Positions 17,291-27,951 of a DNA stretch of 64,000 nucleotides are shown here, piece by piece. The notes under the pieces are model-generated. The model was not told the DNA's origin and did not search any database. It saw only the letters and a list, made by a program, of their open reading frames with translations. Position 1 is the first letter of the stretch. Each line of letters begins with the position of its first letter. Made by a program: the position numbers and the translations under genes. This DNA is from Desulfuromonadales bacterium (GTDB lineage Bacteria; Desulfobacterota; Desulfuromonadia; Desulfuromonadales; SZUA-540), in the NCBI GenBank assembly GCA_033549025.1, contig JAWSUS010000019.1, positions 1 through 64,000 on the forward strand, read 5' to 3'.

Positions 17291-18217
17291 ATGGTTGCTT
17301 TGATTTTTCCCGGACAGGGATCTCAGTACGCCGGCATGGGAAAAGCGCTGGCTGATAATTTTCCCGTGGCGAAACAGGTTTTTGAAGAGGCTGATGACGC
17401 TCTTCAATTCAAGATATCCACCCTTTGTTTTCAAGGGCCTGAAGAGGACCTGAAGCTCACTGCAAATACACAACCCGCTATCCTGACGACCAGTGTCGCG
17501 GCCTTTCGTGTCCTTGAGTCCGAACTGAATCTGGATCCGGCTTATCTGGCCGGTCATTCCCTGGGCGAATATTCGGCACTCGTGGCTTCTGGCGCACTGG
17601 CTTTCGCTGATGCCGTTAAAACGGTCCGTGCCCGCGGGGTTTTCATGCAGGAAGCCGTCCCTGTCGGTACGGGATCTATGGCTGCCATCCTCGGGCTGGA
17701 GGGCAAAGATCTTGACGAAGTCTGTCGGGAGGCAGCGCAGGGTGATGTTGTTGCACCGGCCAATTTTAACAGCCCTGGCCAGGTCGTCATTGCTGGTCAC
17801 GTTCAGGCTGTAGAACGCGCGATCGCTCTAGCCAAGGAAAAGGGCGCCAAAAAGGCGATGCCTTTACCTGTAAGCGCCCCCTTTCATTGTTCTTTGATGA
17901 CCCCCGCGGGACTCCGTCTGAAAGAGGTTCTTGATGACGTCATGATCTCGGCCATGAAGATGCCCGTGGTCAGCAATGTGGAGGCTCTGCCCAATCAGGA
18001 TCACGCCCAAATCAAGGATCTTCTCGTTCGCCAGGTCAGTGCTCCGGTCCGCTGGGATGAGTCGATTTTGAAAATGGTGGATCTGGGCGTGGAACGTTTT
18101 ATCGAAGTGGGTCCTGGGAAAGTTCTTTCCGGATTGGTTCGCCGCATTGCCAAAGGGATCCCTGTCGGGAATCTGGAAGACCCTGACAGCCTTAAAAATC
18201 TGCAGGCGAACTTCTAG
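17291..18217 (+). CDS. fabD: Malonyl CoA-ACP transacylase
   Basis: FPGQGSQ, GHSLGEY, SAPFH; start could be TTG 17282. Confidence 0.98.
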   Translation: MVALIFPGQGSQYAGMGKALADNFPVAKQVFEEADDALQFKISTLCFQGPEEDLKLTANTQPAILTTSVAAFRVLESELNLDPAYLAGHSLGEYSALVASGALAFADAVKTVRARGVFMQEAVPVGTGSMAAILGLEGKDLDEVCREAAQGDVVAPANFNSPGQVVIAGHVQAVERAIALAKEKGAKKAMPLPVSAPFHCSLMTPAGLRLKEVLDDVMISAMKMPVVSNVEALPNQDHAQIKDLLVRQVSAPVRWDESILKMVDLGVERFIEVGPGKVLSGLVRRIAKGIPVGNLEDPDSLKNLQANF

Positions 18218-18227
18218 GAGGTTTTAT

Positions 18228-18965
18228 ATGCTCAAAGATCGCGTTGGGATCGTTACAGGCGCGTCTCGGGGGATTGGACGTACTATCGCCCTTGCCATGG
18301 CAGCGGCCGGTGCTAAAGTGATTGTGTCGGCAAGAAGTGCACCGGGGATAGAGGCCTTATGTCGTGAAATCGAAGCTGCGGGCGGCTCCTGTGTCAGTGT
18401 TGTTGGTGATGTCGCAGTCACCGCAGACGCCGATCGCATAATCGAGACCGCGGTCAGCCATTTTGGCCGCCTTGATATTCTGGTCAACAATGCCGGTATT
18501 ACCCGGGATGGTCTGCTGCTGCGCATGAAGGATGAGGATTGGGATGCGGTTCTTGGCACCAACCTCAAGGGAGCTTTTCTCTGTACACGGGCCGCGGCCA
18601 AGGTCATGACCAAACAGAAGTTTGGTCGGATCATTAATATTTCATCCGTTGTAGGAGAAATGGGGAACCCGGGGCAGGCCAATTATTGTGCCAGCAAGGC
18701 CGGTCTCATTGGCCTTACAAAATCTGTCGCCAAGGAACTGGCCAGAAGGAATATTACCGTCAACGCCATCACCCCGGGTTTCATAACCACCGACATGACG
18801 GAAGCTCTGCCGGAAAAAACGCGCCAGGAATTGGCTGCGCAGATTCCCCTGGGCCGTCTTGGTGATGCCTCAGACATCGCGCAGGCCGTTAACTTTTTGG
18901 CATCGGATCACGCCGGTTACATTACAGGTCAAGTGCTTGGAATTAACGGCGGAATGTATATGTAG
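18228..18965 (+). CDS. fabG: 3-oxoacyl-ACP reductase
   Basis: [24 protein letters not shown] 18228 after AGGAGG. Confidence 0.98.
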   Translation: MLKDRVGIVTGASRGIGRTIALAMAAAGAKVIVSARSAPGIEALCREIEAAGGSCVSVVGDVAVTADADRIIETAVSHFGRLDILVNNAGITRDGLLLRMKDEDWDAVLGTNLKGAFLCTRAAAKVMTKQKFGRIINISSVVGEMGNPGQANYCASKAGLIGLTKSVAKELARRNITVNAITPGFITTDMTEALPEKTRQELAAQIPLGRLGDASDIAQAVNFLASDHAGYITGQVLGINGGMYM

Positions 18966-19033
18966 GGGTACAGGAAGTACAAACACTTGTCCGGTCATCG
19001 ATCGGCTTGAACAACAAAAAGGAGGAAAAGCAA

Positions 19034-19267
19034 ATGGCTTCTATTGAAGAAAGAGTTAAACAGATTGTTGCTGAGCAGCTGGGTGTGGATGAGGATCAGG
19101 TAACCAACGATGCGTCTTTCATGGACGATCTTGGTGCTGATTCCCTCGATACCGTTGAACTGGTCATGGCTCTTGAAGAAGAGTTCGACGTTGAAATCTC
19201 CGACGAGGACGCTGAGAAGATCCAGACTGTTCAGGACGCGGTCAGCTATATCAGCGAACAGGCCTAA
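19034..19267 (+). CDS. acpP: Acyl carrier protein
   Basis: [14 protein letters not shown] phosphopantetheine site; RBS AGGAGG. Confidence 0.99.
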   Translation: MASIEERVKQIVAEQLGVDEDQVTNDASFMDDLGADSLDTVELVMALEEEFDVEISDEDAEKIQTVQDAVSYISEQA

Positions 19268-19275
19268 GGTTCAGT

Positions 19276-19313
19276 CAAGGGGGGAGAGGCTTTCTCCTCC
19301 CTTGTTCTTTGTT
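19276..19313 (+). terminator. Intra-operon hairpin/terminator after acpP
   Basis: CAAGGGGGGAGA-GGCTT-TCTCCTCCCTTG then TTCTTTGTT. Confidence 0.65.
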
Positions 19314-19421
19314 CATGTACTAAAAGCCCGGTCTGGCGTTCTTGGAGCCAACACAGGACCCGGGTCGCGAAGAACATCCCGCTGGTGGGTTTAATTGCCC
19401 TTACGGAGGAAGAGTATCATC

Positions 19422-20654
19422 ATGCGTAGAGTCGTTGTGACAGGTGTCGGGGTTGTTTCTGCTCTTGGAACCGGGGTGGAAAAAAACTGGGATGCTTTGA
19501 TAAATGGAAAATCCGGCATTGATCGGATAACTCGTTTCGATGCATCCGATTTTCCCACTCAAATTGCCGGCGAAGTCAAAGACTTTAATGCCGAAGATTT
19601 TATCGACAAAAAAGAAATCAAAAAGATGGACTTGTTCATTCAGTTCGCTCTGGGAGCGGCTGAATTGGCTATGCAGGATTCCGGCCTTCAAATCACCGAG
19701 GACAACGCTGAACGCGTTGGCGTCCTGGTCGGAGCCGGTCTTGGTGGACTTCCCGCTATTGAAAAATACCACCAGGCCTTTCTTGAAGGTGGATATAAAA
19801 AGATTTCCCCCTTCTTCATTCCAATGCTGATTATTAATCTGGCTCCCGGTCAGATTTCCATTAAATATGGTGCCAAAGGGCCCAACCTTTCCTCTGTTTC
19901 CGCTTGTGCGACAGGCACCCACTCGATTGGAGACGCTTTTCGAATGATCCAGCGTGGGGATGCGGACGCCATGATCGCCGGTGGGACCGAATCCACGATC
20001 ACCCCACTCGGGATCGGCGGATTCAATGTCATGAAAGCTCTTTCCACGCGCAATGATGACCCCACTGCAGCCAGTCGCCCGTTTGACAAGAATCGTGACG
20101 GTTTTGTCATGGCAGAAGGCGCGGGTATTCTGATTTTGGAAGAATATGAGAGTGCTAAAAAACGCGGGGCCAAAATTTACGCAGAAATAAGCGGTTACGG
20201 TCTGACCGGTGACGCTCATCACTTGACAGCGCCCGCACCTGGAGGCGAGGGGGCAGCCCGCTGCATCAAGATGGCACTGTCTACCGCTGGCATCTCCCCA
20301 GATCAGGTCGATTATATTAATGCGCACGGGACCTCTACGCACTTCAATGATCTTTATGAAACCATGGCAATCAAGTCGGTGCTCGGCAGCCATGCCAGCA
20401 AAGTCCTGGTCAGCTCTACCAAGAGTATGACGGGCCATGCCCTTGGCGCCGCTGGGGGGATCGAAGCGGTCTACGCGTTGCTGGCCATGGAACGTGGGGT
20501 TGTGCCTCCCACCATCAACTATGAGGAGCCTGATCCCGAGTGCGATCTGGACTATGTGCCGAATGAAGCGCGCAAGGCCGACGTCAAAGTCGCTCTGTCC
20601 AACTCCTTCGGATTCGGCGGCACCAACGCGACCCTGCTATTCAAAAAAATCTAA
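19422..20654 (+). CDS. fabF: Beta-ketoacyl-ACP synthase II
   Basis: [27 protein letters not shown]. Confidence 0.98.
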   Translation: MRRVVVTGVGVVSALGTGVEKNWDALINGKSGIDRITRFDASDFPTQIAGEVKDFNAEDFIDKKEIKKMDLFIQFALGAAELAMQDSGLQITEDNAERVGVLVGAGLGGLPAIEKYHQAFLEGGYKKISPFFIPMLIINLAPGQISIKYGAKGPNLSSVSACATGTHSIGDAFRMIQRGDADAMIAGGTESTITPLGIGGFNVMKALSTRNDDPTAASRPFDKNRDGFVMAEGAGILILEEYESAKKRGAKIYAEISGYGLTGDAHHLTAPAPGGEGAARCIKMALSTAGISPDQVDYINAHGTSTHFNDLYETMAIKSVLGSHASKVLVSSTKSMTGHALGAAGGIEAVYALLAMERGVVPPTINYEEPDPECDLDYVPNEARKADVKVALSNSFGFGGTNATLLFKKI

Positions 20655-20674
20655 ATCCGGGACAATTAACGAAA

Positions 20675-21130
20675 ATGCTCATCATTGCAAGTGATCACGG
20701 GGGCCTTGAGCTCAAAGAAGCGCTCAAAAACTATCTTCAAGACAAACAGGTGGATGTTCGTGATCTGGGAACCAATGGTTCCGAGTCCGTCGACTACCCT
20801 GATTTTGGTGAAAAAGTGGCCCGGTCTGTTTCTTTGGGAGAAGCAGACGCCGGAATCCTGATCTGTGGCACCGGGATAGGGATGTCCATCGTCGCCAATA
20901 AGTTCCCGGGAGTCAGGGCGGCTTTGGCCCACGACGAATTTACCGCTCGCATGGCCAAAGAACATAACAACGCGAATATCCTTGTGCTTGGAGGACGTAT
21001 TCAGACTTCCGACCAGGGTATTGAGATGGTGGCGGCTTGGCTCGACTCCGAATTTGAGGGGGGAAGGCATCAGCGGCGGCTTGACAAGATCGCCGAGCTG
21101 GAAAGAGCCATAGGTGCCGGAAAAATCTAG
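20675..21130 (+). CDS. rpiB: Ribose-5-phosphate isomerase B
   Basis: ASDHGG, CGTGIG, HNNAN, FEGGRH.RR. Confidence 0.97.
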   Translation: MLIIASDHGGLELKEALKNYLQDKQVDVRDLGTNGSESVDYPDFGEKVARSVSLGEADAGILICGTGIGMSIVANKFPGVRAALAHDEFTARMAKEHNNANILVLGGRIQTSDQGIEMVAAWLDSEFEGGRHQRRLDKIAELERAIGAGKI

Positions 21131-21136
21131 AGGCAG

Positions 21137-21175
21137 AAAGACGATGGGCAGGCCGCTGGCCTGCCCATCGTCTTT
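21137..21175. repeat. Perfect 18-bp inverted repeat between rpiB and glyA
   Basis: AAAGACGATGGGCAGGCC-GCT-GGCCTGCCCATCGTCTTT. Confidence 0.9.
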
Positions 21176-21216
21176 GCAGGCCATAATCACAGCTTTTTAA
21201 CCGGAGGGTATGTCAC

Positions 21217-22470
21217 ATGTCGGAACGGCTGGCCAAATTTGATCCTGAAATTGCAGCAACCATCCAGAAAGAGACGGGGCGGCAGGAGTACAGTCTAGAA
21301 TTTATCGCCTCGGAGAACTTTGTCAGCGAAGAGGTGCTCGAAGCGCAAGGGTCCGTTCTTACCAATAAGTATGCTGAAGGATATCCCGGTAAACGCTACT
21401 ATGGCGGCTGCGAATTTGTCGACGTGGCCGAGCAGTTGGCGATTGATCGTGCCAAAGCCCTCTTTGGGGCGGAACACGCCAATGTGCAACCTCATTCCGG
21501 ATCTCAGGCCAACATGGCCGTTTATTTTTCCGTCTGCCAGCCCGGAGATACCATCTTGGGGATGAATCTGGCTCACGGGGGACATCTGACCCACGGTTCT
21601 CCTGTCAATTTTTCCGGTAAGTTGTTTAATATCATCCCCTACGGTGTCAAAAAAGAGACGGGCCGAATTGACTATGATGAGGTAGAGAGGCTGGCTCTTG
21701 AGCATAAACCCAAGATGATTGTTGTCGGGGCCAGCGCCTACTCCCGAACCCTGGATTTTCCCGCGTTTCGGCAAATCGCCGATAAGGTTGGCGCTATGGT
21801 GATGGTCGACATGGCTCATATTGCTGGTCTGGTGGCTGCTGGCGAGCATCCGAACCCTGTGCCGTATGCTGACTTTGTCACCACCACCACGCATAAAACA
21901 TTGCGGGGCCCTCGTGGCGGCATGATCCTCTGTCGTGAGGAATATGCTAAAAAACTTAACAGCAATATTTTCCCGGGGATTCAGGGCGGTCCGCTGATGC
22001 ATGTTATTGCTGCCAAAGCCGTTGCTTTCAAGGAAGCGCTGGCCCCTGAATTCAAGGAATATGCCCGGCAGGTCGTCAAAAACGCCAAGGCCCTCGCCGC
22101 GTCTCTCAATCGTCACGGTTTTGATATCGTCTCTGGCGGAACGGACAACCATCTTATGCTGGTTGATTTATCGAATAAGGACATTACCGGCAAGGTGGCG
22201 GAAGAGACCCTGGAGAAGGCCGGCATTACGGTCAACAAGAATGCCGTGCCTTTCGATACCCGGTCACCTTTTGTGACCAGCGGTTTCCGGGTCGGTACTC
22301 CCGCCACCACGACTCGTGGCCTGAAAGAGCCTGAAATGGAAATGGTGGCTGCCTGGATGGCTCGCGCTCTTGCCAACGTGGATAACGAGGCCGAGCTGCA
22401 GACGATTCGACAGGAAGTTAAAGAACTCTGCTTGAAATTTCCTTTATACGCTCATCGTCTTTCCGCATGA
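21217..22470 (+). CDS. glyA: Serine hydroxymethyltransferase
   Basis: [33 protein letters not shown] (PLP Lys). Confidence 0.99.
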   Translation: MSERLAKFDPEIAATIQKETGRQEYSLEFIASENFVSEEVLEAQGSVLTNKYAEGYPGKRYYGGCEFVDVAEQLAIDRAKALFGAEHANVQPHSGSQANMAVYFSVCQPGDTILGMNLAHGGHLTHGSPVNFSGKLFNIIPYGVKKETGRIDYDEVERLALEHKPKMIVVGASAYSRTLDFPAFRQIADKVGAMVMVDMAHIAGLVAAGEHPNPVPYADFVTTTTHKTLRGPRGGMILCREEYAKKLNSNIFPGIQGGPLMHVIAAKAVAFKEALAPEFKEYARQVVKNAKALAASLNRHGFDIVSGGTDNHLMLVDLSNKDITGKVAEETLEKAGITVNKNAVPFDTRSPFVTSGFRVGTPATTTRGLKEPEMEMVAAWMARALANVDNEAELQTIRQEVKELCLKFPLYAHRLSA

Positions 22471-22940
22471 GTCGGCCGACCTGGGATGAATACTTCATGG
22501 AGATTGCCCGCCTCGTGGCCAGGCGATCTACCTGTTTGCGCCGCCAGGTCGGGGCCGTTGTCGTGAAGGAAAAGAATATTCTGGCGACGGGGTACAATGG
22601 TACCCCGTCGGGAATAGCCCATTGTTCCGAAGTTGGGTGTTTGCGACAGAAATTGAATGTTCCCTCCGGGGAGCGTCATGAACTGTGTCGCGGACTCCAT
22701 GCAGAGCAGAATGCCATCATTCAGGCTGCTAAACATGGGGTGAACATCAGTGGCGGCACCCTCTACTGCACCAATTCCCCCTGTGTCATCTGTAGCAAAA
22801 TGTTGATCAATGCCGGCATCTCCAGCATTGTCTATCTGGAAGGATACCCTGATCAACTCTCCCTGGAGCTGCTGGCCGAATCCGGTATAGGCGTTCATTC
22901 GTTTGCGGATTTTACCGACGGAAAGGCCCTGGAACTCTGA
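22467..22940 (+). CDS. dCMP deaminase / ComEB-family protein
   Basis: RSTC.RR.VGA, GYNG, HAEQNA, PCVIC. Confidence 0.93.
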   Translation: MSRPTWDEYFMEIARLVARRSTCLRRQVGAVVVKEKNILATGYNGTPSGIAHCSEVGCLRQKLNVPSGERHELCRGLHAEQNAIIQAAKHGVNISGGTLYCTNSPCVICSKMLINAGISSIVYLEGYPDQLSLELLAESGIGVHSFADFTDGKALEL

Positions 22941-22941
22941 T

Positions 22942-23409
22942 ATGAAGTGCCCGTTCTGCAGTTTTGAAGACACCAAGGTCATTGATTCCCGACTGGGTAA
23001 AGAAGGGAACAACATCCGTAGAAGAAGAGAATGCATTGACTGTGGCCGTCGGTTCACGACCTATGAACGGGTGGAAGAGATTCTGCCGTTGGTTGTCAAA
23101 AAGGATGGCCGCCGCGAACCTTTCGACCGTCTGAAAATCATTGCGGGTATGCAGCGAGCCTGTGAAAAAAGACCTGTTTCAATTGCCACTATCGAAAAAC
23201 TGGTGGATCAGTTGGAAATTTCTCTCCAGGAAAGTGGCGAAAAGGAAATTGACGCCAGTCGCATCGGCGAGGGTGTTATGGAGGCCTTAAGGAACGTTGA
23301 TGAGGTTGCTTATGTGCGTTTTGCCTCTGTTTACCGACAATTCAAAGATATCAACGAGTTTATGGCCGAACTTAAAGAAATCCTGGCCAAAGAGAACAAA
23401 AACGCTTAA
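22942..23409 (+). CDS. nrdR: Transcriptional repressor NrdR
   Basis: MKCPFC...VIDSR, IRRRREC..C..RFTTYE, ATP cone, YVRFASVY. Confidence 0.98.
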   Translation: MKCPFCSFEDTKVIDSRLGKEGNNIRRRRECIDCGRRFTTYERVEEILPLVVKKDGRREPFDRLKIIAGMQRACEKRPVSIATIEKLVDQLEISLQESGEKEIDASRIGEGVMEALRNVDEVAYVRFASVYRQFKDINEFMAELKEILAKENKNA

Positions 23410-23462
23410 TCCGACCGTTTTCCATCTTCAGGCACATAATCCCTTTCTTTTCGCTTTTTGAT

Positions 23463-24587
23463 ATGGCAAATCCTGCAAATCAATCACCTGAATATTATAT
23501 GTCGCGGGCTCTTGATCTGGCCCGCCTGGCCGAGGGGCGCACCCGGCCCAATCCTGCGGTAGGAGCCATCATTGTCCGTCAGGGGGGAGTTGTCGGTGAA
23601 GGATATCATCACCGTGCCGGAGAGCCCCATGCCGAGATTAATGCGCTCAGGCAGGCGGGTGAACAGGCTGGCGATGCGGATTTGTATGTAACCCTGGAAC
23701 CCTGTTCCCATCATGGCCGGACGGGGCCCTGCGCTGAGGCCATTCTGGCCGCTGGCATCCGGAGGGTTTTCGTGGGTACGAAGGATCCCAATCCCAGGGT
23801 TTCCGGTAGGGGGATCGCTCTGCTTTCGGATAATGGCGTTGAGGTGGTGACCGACGTGCTGGCAGAGGAATGTCGCCGTCTGATTGCCCCTTTTGCCAAG
23901 CATGTGCTTACGGGAAAGCCGCTGGTTACACTCAAGTCCGCCATAACGCTTGATGGATTCTGTGCAACCTCGTCCGGGGATTCCCAGTGGATCTCGAATG
24001 AACACAGCCGTTTGTATGTGCATCAACAGCGGGATAAGGCTGACGCCGTCATGGTCGGCATCGGTACGGTTTTAGCTGACAACCCCCGATTGACCACGCG
24101 TCTGCCGGGAGGGGGGCGAAATCCCCTCCGGGTTGTTGTTGACTCTTTCCTGCGCATCCCCGAAGATTCAGCTCTGGTGACGCTTTCTGCCGATCAGTCC
24201 ACCCTGGTGGCTACCACCAAGGCTGCCGACCCCGCCAAGATCAACCGGTTGCAGGCTGTCGGGGTGCAGGTTCTTACGCTCCCTGAAAAAGATGGCCAGG
24301 TCGACCTGAACGCTCTCATGCGCGCCTTGGGGAAAATGGAAATCCAGAATCTGATCCTCGAAGGTGGTGCCGTCCTCAATGGGAGCCTTTTGCGGCAAGG
24401 ATTGGTCGATAGAGCCATGGTTTTCATCGGGCCGGTATTGTTGGGGGGAGAAGATGGCCGGGGTCTGTTTGCCGGGCCGGGAGCTGTCCGCCTGTCAGGG
24501 GCATGGCGTCTCAAGCACGTTCGTTTCAGATCGTTTGGCGAGGATATCCTTGTGGAGGGAGACGTTTACTCATGTTCACCGGACTGA
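23463..24587 (+). CDS. ribD: Bifunctional deaminase/reductase RibD
   Basis: PNP.VG, HAE, TLEPCSH.GRT.PC, DNP.LT.R, EGG. Confidence 0.97.
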   Translation: MANPANQSPEYYMSRALDLARLAEGRTRPNPAVGAIIVRQGGVVGEGYHHRAGEPHAEINALRQAGEQAGDADLYVTLEPCSHHGRTGPCAEAILAAGIRRVFVGTKDPNPRVSGRGIALLSDNGVEVVTDVLAEECRRLIAPFAKHVLTGKPLVTLKSAITLDGFCATSSGDSQWISNEHSRLYVHQQRDKADAVMVGIGTVLADNPRLTTRLPGGGRNPLRVVVDSFLRIPEDSALVTLSADQSTLVATTKAADPAKINRLQAVGVQVLTLPEKDGQVDLNALMRALGKMEIQNLILEGGAVLNGSLLRQGLVDRAMVFIGPVLLGGEDGRGLFAGPGAVRLSGAWRLKHVRFRSFGEDILVEGDVYSCSPD

Positions 24588-25222
24588 TTCAAGATATCGG
24601 AACCCTGCTGAAAATCCAAAAGGGTGAAGAAAGCTATCAGCTTACCGTCTCTACGCGGTTCCCTCAGGAGGATCTCCTGCTTGGGGAAAGTATCGCGGTC
24701 AATGGCATCTGTCTCACGGTCGTCTCCAAAGGGGGAGGTGCTTTTTCCGCCGATGTCTCCCGGGAAACCGTGACCCGAACCAGCCTGGCGGAGTTGCGGG
24801 TCGGCCAGCGGGTCAACCTGGAGCGTGCCCTGCGGCTTGCCGATCGCCTGGGCGGGCACATCGTGACGGGCCATGTCGATGGCGTCGGCGTGATTCGGTC
24901 ACGGAGCCGCATAGGCAATGCCGAACGCCTCGTCATTTCCATACCGGATGGGTGTCACCGATATCTTGTCGTCAAAGGGTCCGTGGCTGTCGACGGCATC
25001 AGCCTGACGGTCAACGAGGTGACGGAAAAGGACTTTTCGCTGATGATAATCCCCCACAGCCTTTCCGAGACAACTCTTCAGTACATGCAGCAGGGGAGCA
25101 GGGTGAATATCGAAACGGACATCCTCGGAAAGTACGTTGAGCGTCTTCTGGGACAGCGTACAGAAGGGCCAAAGAGCTCGTCCGTGAACTTTGAATTTCT
25201 TGCAAACCATGGATTTGTGTGA
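24572..25222 (+). CDS. ribE: Riboflavin synthase (alpha chain)
   Basis: MFTG N-terminus, [24 protein letters not shown]. Confidence 0.97.
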   Translation: MFTGLIQDIGTLLKIQKGEESYQLTVSTRFPQEDLLLGESIAVNGICLTVVSKGGGAFSADVSRETVTRTSLAELRVGQRVNLERALRLADRLGGHIVTGHVDGVGVIRSRSRIGNAERLVISIPDGCHRYLVVKGSVAVDGISLTVNEVTEKDFSLMIIPHSLSETTLQYMQQGSRVNIETDILGKYVERLLGQRTEGPKSSSVNFEFLANHGFV

Positions 25223-25255
25223 CATGATTGCGCCTCTCGAAAGGAAGTGCCTGAC

Positions 25256-26461
25256 ATGCCTATTGGAAAAATAGAAGCAGCCCTTGAAGACATTCGGCAG
25301 GGGAAAATGGTTATCCTCGTCGATGACGAAGATCGGGAAAACGAGGGGGATCTGGCCATGGCGGCCGAATTGGTTACCCCTGAAGCCATAAATTTCATGG
25401 CGAAAGAAGGTCGTGGGCTTATCTGTCTGACCATGACCGAGGAGAGAGCGGACCTCCTTGACCTTCCCCTGATGGTGAAAAACAATTCATCCTCTTTCGG
25501 CACAGCGTTTACCGTGTCCATCGAGGCTAAACGCGGGGTGACCACGGGAATCTCCGCGGCCGATCGGGCGACCACGATTCAGGTCGCTCTGGCTGATGAG
25601 ACCACCGCCAACGATCTGGCTCGACCCGGGCACGTCTTTCCCCTCAGAGCCAAAAAAGGTGGAGTGCTGGTTCGGGCCGGACAAACCGAAGGCTCTGTGG
25701 ATCTGGCCCGCCTGGCTGGACTCAAGCCTGCAGGCGTCATCTGCGAAATCATGAACGATGACGGGACCATGGCCAGAATGCCTCAATTGAAGGTTTTTGC
25801 TCAGCAGCATGACCTGAAAATCATCACCATTGCTGACCTGGTAGCGTATCGGATGCGCAAGGAACTCCTGGTGAGGCGTGCGGCTGAGACCGTTTTGCCC
25901 ACACCTTACGGTGGCGAATTCCGTGCCATTGCCTACGAAAATGATGTGGACCACGCCCAGCATCTGGCCCTGGTGAAGGGTGAGATTGATCCCACTCAGC
26001 CTGTTCTTGTCCGCGTGCATTCCGAGTGCCTGACCGGCGATGTCTTTGGGTCGCTCCGGTGCGATTGCGGCGATCAGCTTCATGCAGCCATGCAGCAGAT
26101 CGCTCAAGAGGGAAGCGGCGTCATCCTGTATATGCGGCAGGAAGGTCGAGGAATCGGCTTGGTGAACAAGCTTCGCGCTTACGCTCTGCAGGACCAGGGG
26201 CACGATACCGTTGAAGCCAATGAAGCCCTTGGCTTCAAAGCCGACTTGCGGGATTACGGCATCGGTGCTCAGATACTTTCTGAACTGGGTATCCGGCAAC
26301 TCCGGCTGATGACGAACAACCCCAAAAAAATTGTTGGACTGGAGGGTTACGGGCTGGAGATCGTTGGCCGGGTGCCCCTGGAAGTCGCACCGACAAACGC
26401 CAATCGCCGGTATTTGAAAACGAAACGGGAGAGGATGGGACATCTTCTTGAAAATCTTTAA
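25256..26461 (+). CDS. ribBA: Bifunctional DHBP synthase / GTP cyclohydrolase II
   Basis: [39 protein letters not shown]. Confidence 0.98.
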   Translation: MPIGKIEAALEDIRQGKMVILVDDEDRENEGDLAMAAELVTPEAINFMAKEGRGLICLTMTEERADLLDLPLMVKNNSSSFGTAFTVSIEAKRGVTTGISAADRATTIQVALADETTANDLARPGHVFPLRAKKGGVLVRAGQTEGSVDLARLAGLKPAGVICEIMNDDGTMARMPQLKVFAQQHDLKIITIADLVAYRMRKELLVRRAAETVLPTPYGGEFRAIAYENDVDHAQHLALVKGEIDPTQPVLVRVHSECLTGDVFGSLRCDCGDQLHAAMQQIAQEGSGVILYMRQEGRGIGLVNKLRAYALQDQGHDTVEANEALGFKADLRDYGIGAQILSELGIRQLRLMTNNPKKIVGLEGYGLEIVGRVPLEVAPTNANRRYLKTKRERMGHLLENL

Positions 26462-26501
26462 GGTGCAGCTTTGCCTGTTAATGGTATCGGTATAGGAGAT
26501 C

Positions 26502-26969
26502 ATGATGAGCCAGGTTTATGAAGGGAAATTGGACGCCAAGGGGCTTAAGGTGGCGCTGATTGTGAGCCGCTTCAACAGTTTTATCTGTGACCGTCTGGTA
26601 GAGGGGGCCATGGATGCTCTGGTACGCCATGGGGCAAACGGTGAGGATGTTCATACGGTTCGGGTGCCTGGAGCCTTTGAAATACCCGTTGCGGCCAAGA
26701 AGGTGGCGCAAACGAGTCGCTATGACGCGATCATTTGCCTTGGATGCGTTATCCGCGGTGCTACTCCGCATTTCGAGTATGTCAGTGCTGAAGTTTCCAA
26801 GGGCGTCGCTTCAGTCAGTCTGGAATCCGGTATCCCCGTGTCGTTCGGGGTTTTGACCACGGATACCATCGAGCAGGCTATTGAGAGGGCTGGGACAAAG
26901 GCAGGCAACAAGGGATTTGACGCCGCTGTCAGCGCCATTGAAATGGCCAATCTCTTCAAGGCGCTCTAA
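26502..26969 (+). CDS. ribH: 6,7-dimethyl-8-ribityllumazine synthase
   Basis: [24 protein letters not shown]. Confidence 0.98.
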   Translation: MMSQVYEGKLDAKGLKVALIVSRFNSFICDRLVEGAMDALVRHGANGEDVHTVRVPGAFEIPVAAKKVAQTSRYDAIICLGCVIRGATPHFEYVSAEVSKGVASVSLESGIPVSFGVLTTDTIEQAIERAGTKAGNKGFDAAVSAIEMANLFKAL

Positions 26970-26973
26970 GAAC

Positions 26974-27438
26974 ATGGGGACGCGCAGGAAAGGAAGAGAG
27001 CTCGCTCTGAAAATCATCTACAGCCTGTTTGACCAGAATGCCACCGTTGACGCGGTACTGGGTGATTTCTGGCGCAACTTTCATTTTCAGGACGATATTC
27101 TCGGCGAACCGGTCGAGGGCGCTTCTGACTCTGTGCCCTTGGACCAGCGCTCTTTTGCCGAAGAGCTGATTTATGGGGTCGACCAGCATCTGGAACAGAT
27201 TGATCAGGTTATTTCAAGGCATTCGACCAATTGGTCGCTGGACCGGATGTCCCGGGTGGATCTCTCTCTGCTGCGCCTCGCAGCCTATGAGTTGCTCTAT
27301 CGGCCGGATATTCCGTCCAATGTGGTGATTAACGAGGCTATTGAAATTGGCAAGCGGTATGGCACCGTCGATACCCCCTCCTTTGTTAACGGCATTCTGG
27401 ATAAGATATCTCGTGAAAGCAGGCCCGTTGCTTCATGA
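26974..27438 (+). CDS. nusB: Transcription antitermination factor NusB
   Basis: RRKGRE, NW..DRM..VD...LR, VVINEAIE..K.YG, FVNGILD. Confidence 0.97.
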   Translation: MGTRRKGRELALKIIYSLFDQNATVDAVLGDFWRNFHFQDDILGEPVEGASDSVPLDQRSFAEELIYGVDQHLEQIDQVISRHSTNWSLDRMSRVDLSLLRLAAYELLYRPDIPSNVVINEAIEIGKRYGTVDTPSFVNGILDKISRESRPVAS

Positions 27439-27887
27439 CGCGCGTGCGGGTTCTTGACCTTCCTGCCGATAAGCTGGACGGGGAGGTCATTGTCTCATTT
27501 ATCTTTGAAGATCAAAAACCTGTTCGTGGCGCCGCAGCCCTGCTTGATTGGCGTCTTCGCGGCCTTTTGACTAAAAAACTGCTCGACGGATTTATCGGCG
27601 GTGAAGCGGGGCAACGTCTGGCCGTTTTGACCGATCATCGCGTTTCTGCTGATTGGGTGATGTTTTTTGGAGGGGGCAAGTCTCAATCCCTGGACACAAA
27701 AAAAATGGAAAGTCTTGCCCGGCAAGCCCTTGAGACTGTTTACAGGGCTGGATTCAGGCGCGTGGCGTTAGCCCTGATCCTGCCCGCCCAAGAGAGGCAG
27801 GAGTCTCTTCAGGGAGCTATCGAGAGTTTTCTGGCCGGTTCCTCCCTGGTTAACATGGAATGTCTTCTGACCTTTCAGGGTGAGTAA
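27435..27887 (+). CDS. Hypothetical protein resembling a stand-alone M17 aminopeptidase N-terminal domain
   Basis: FED..P.RG.AALLDWRL.G.L; ATGA overlap with nusB; no catalytic M17 C-terminal domain follows. Confidence 0.6.
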   Translation: MTRVRVLDLPADKLDGEVIVSFIFEDQKPVRGAAALLDWRLRGLLTKKLLDGFIGGEAGQRLAVLTDHRVSADWVMFFGGGKSQSLDTKKMESLARQALETVYRAGFRRVALALILPAQERQESLQGAIESFLAGSSLVNMECLLTFQGE

Positions 27888-27951
27888 CGCCTGAAATGAC
27901 ACTTTGTCTTTTGAATCAAAGGTCACATCTTCTGTGGGTGGAGTTTTTACT

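Noticed and set aside
23410..23462. FMN riboswitch before ribD
   Set aside because: The spacer is only about 50 nt and lacks RFN motifs.
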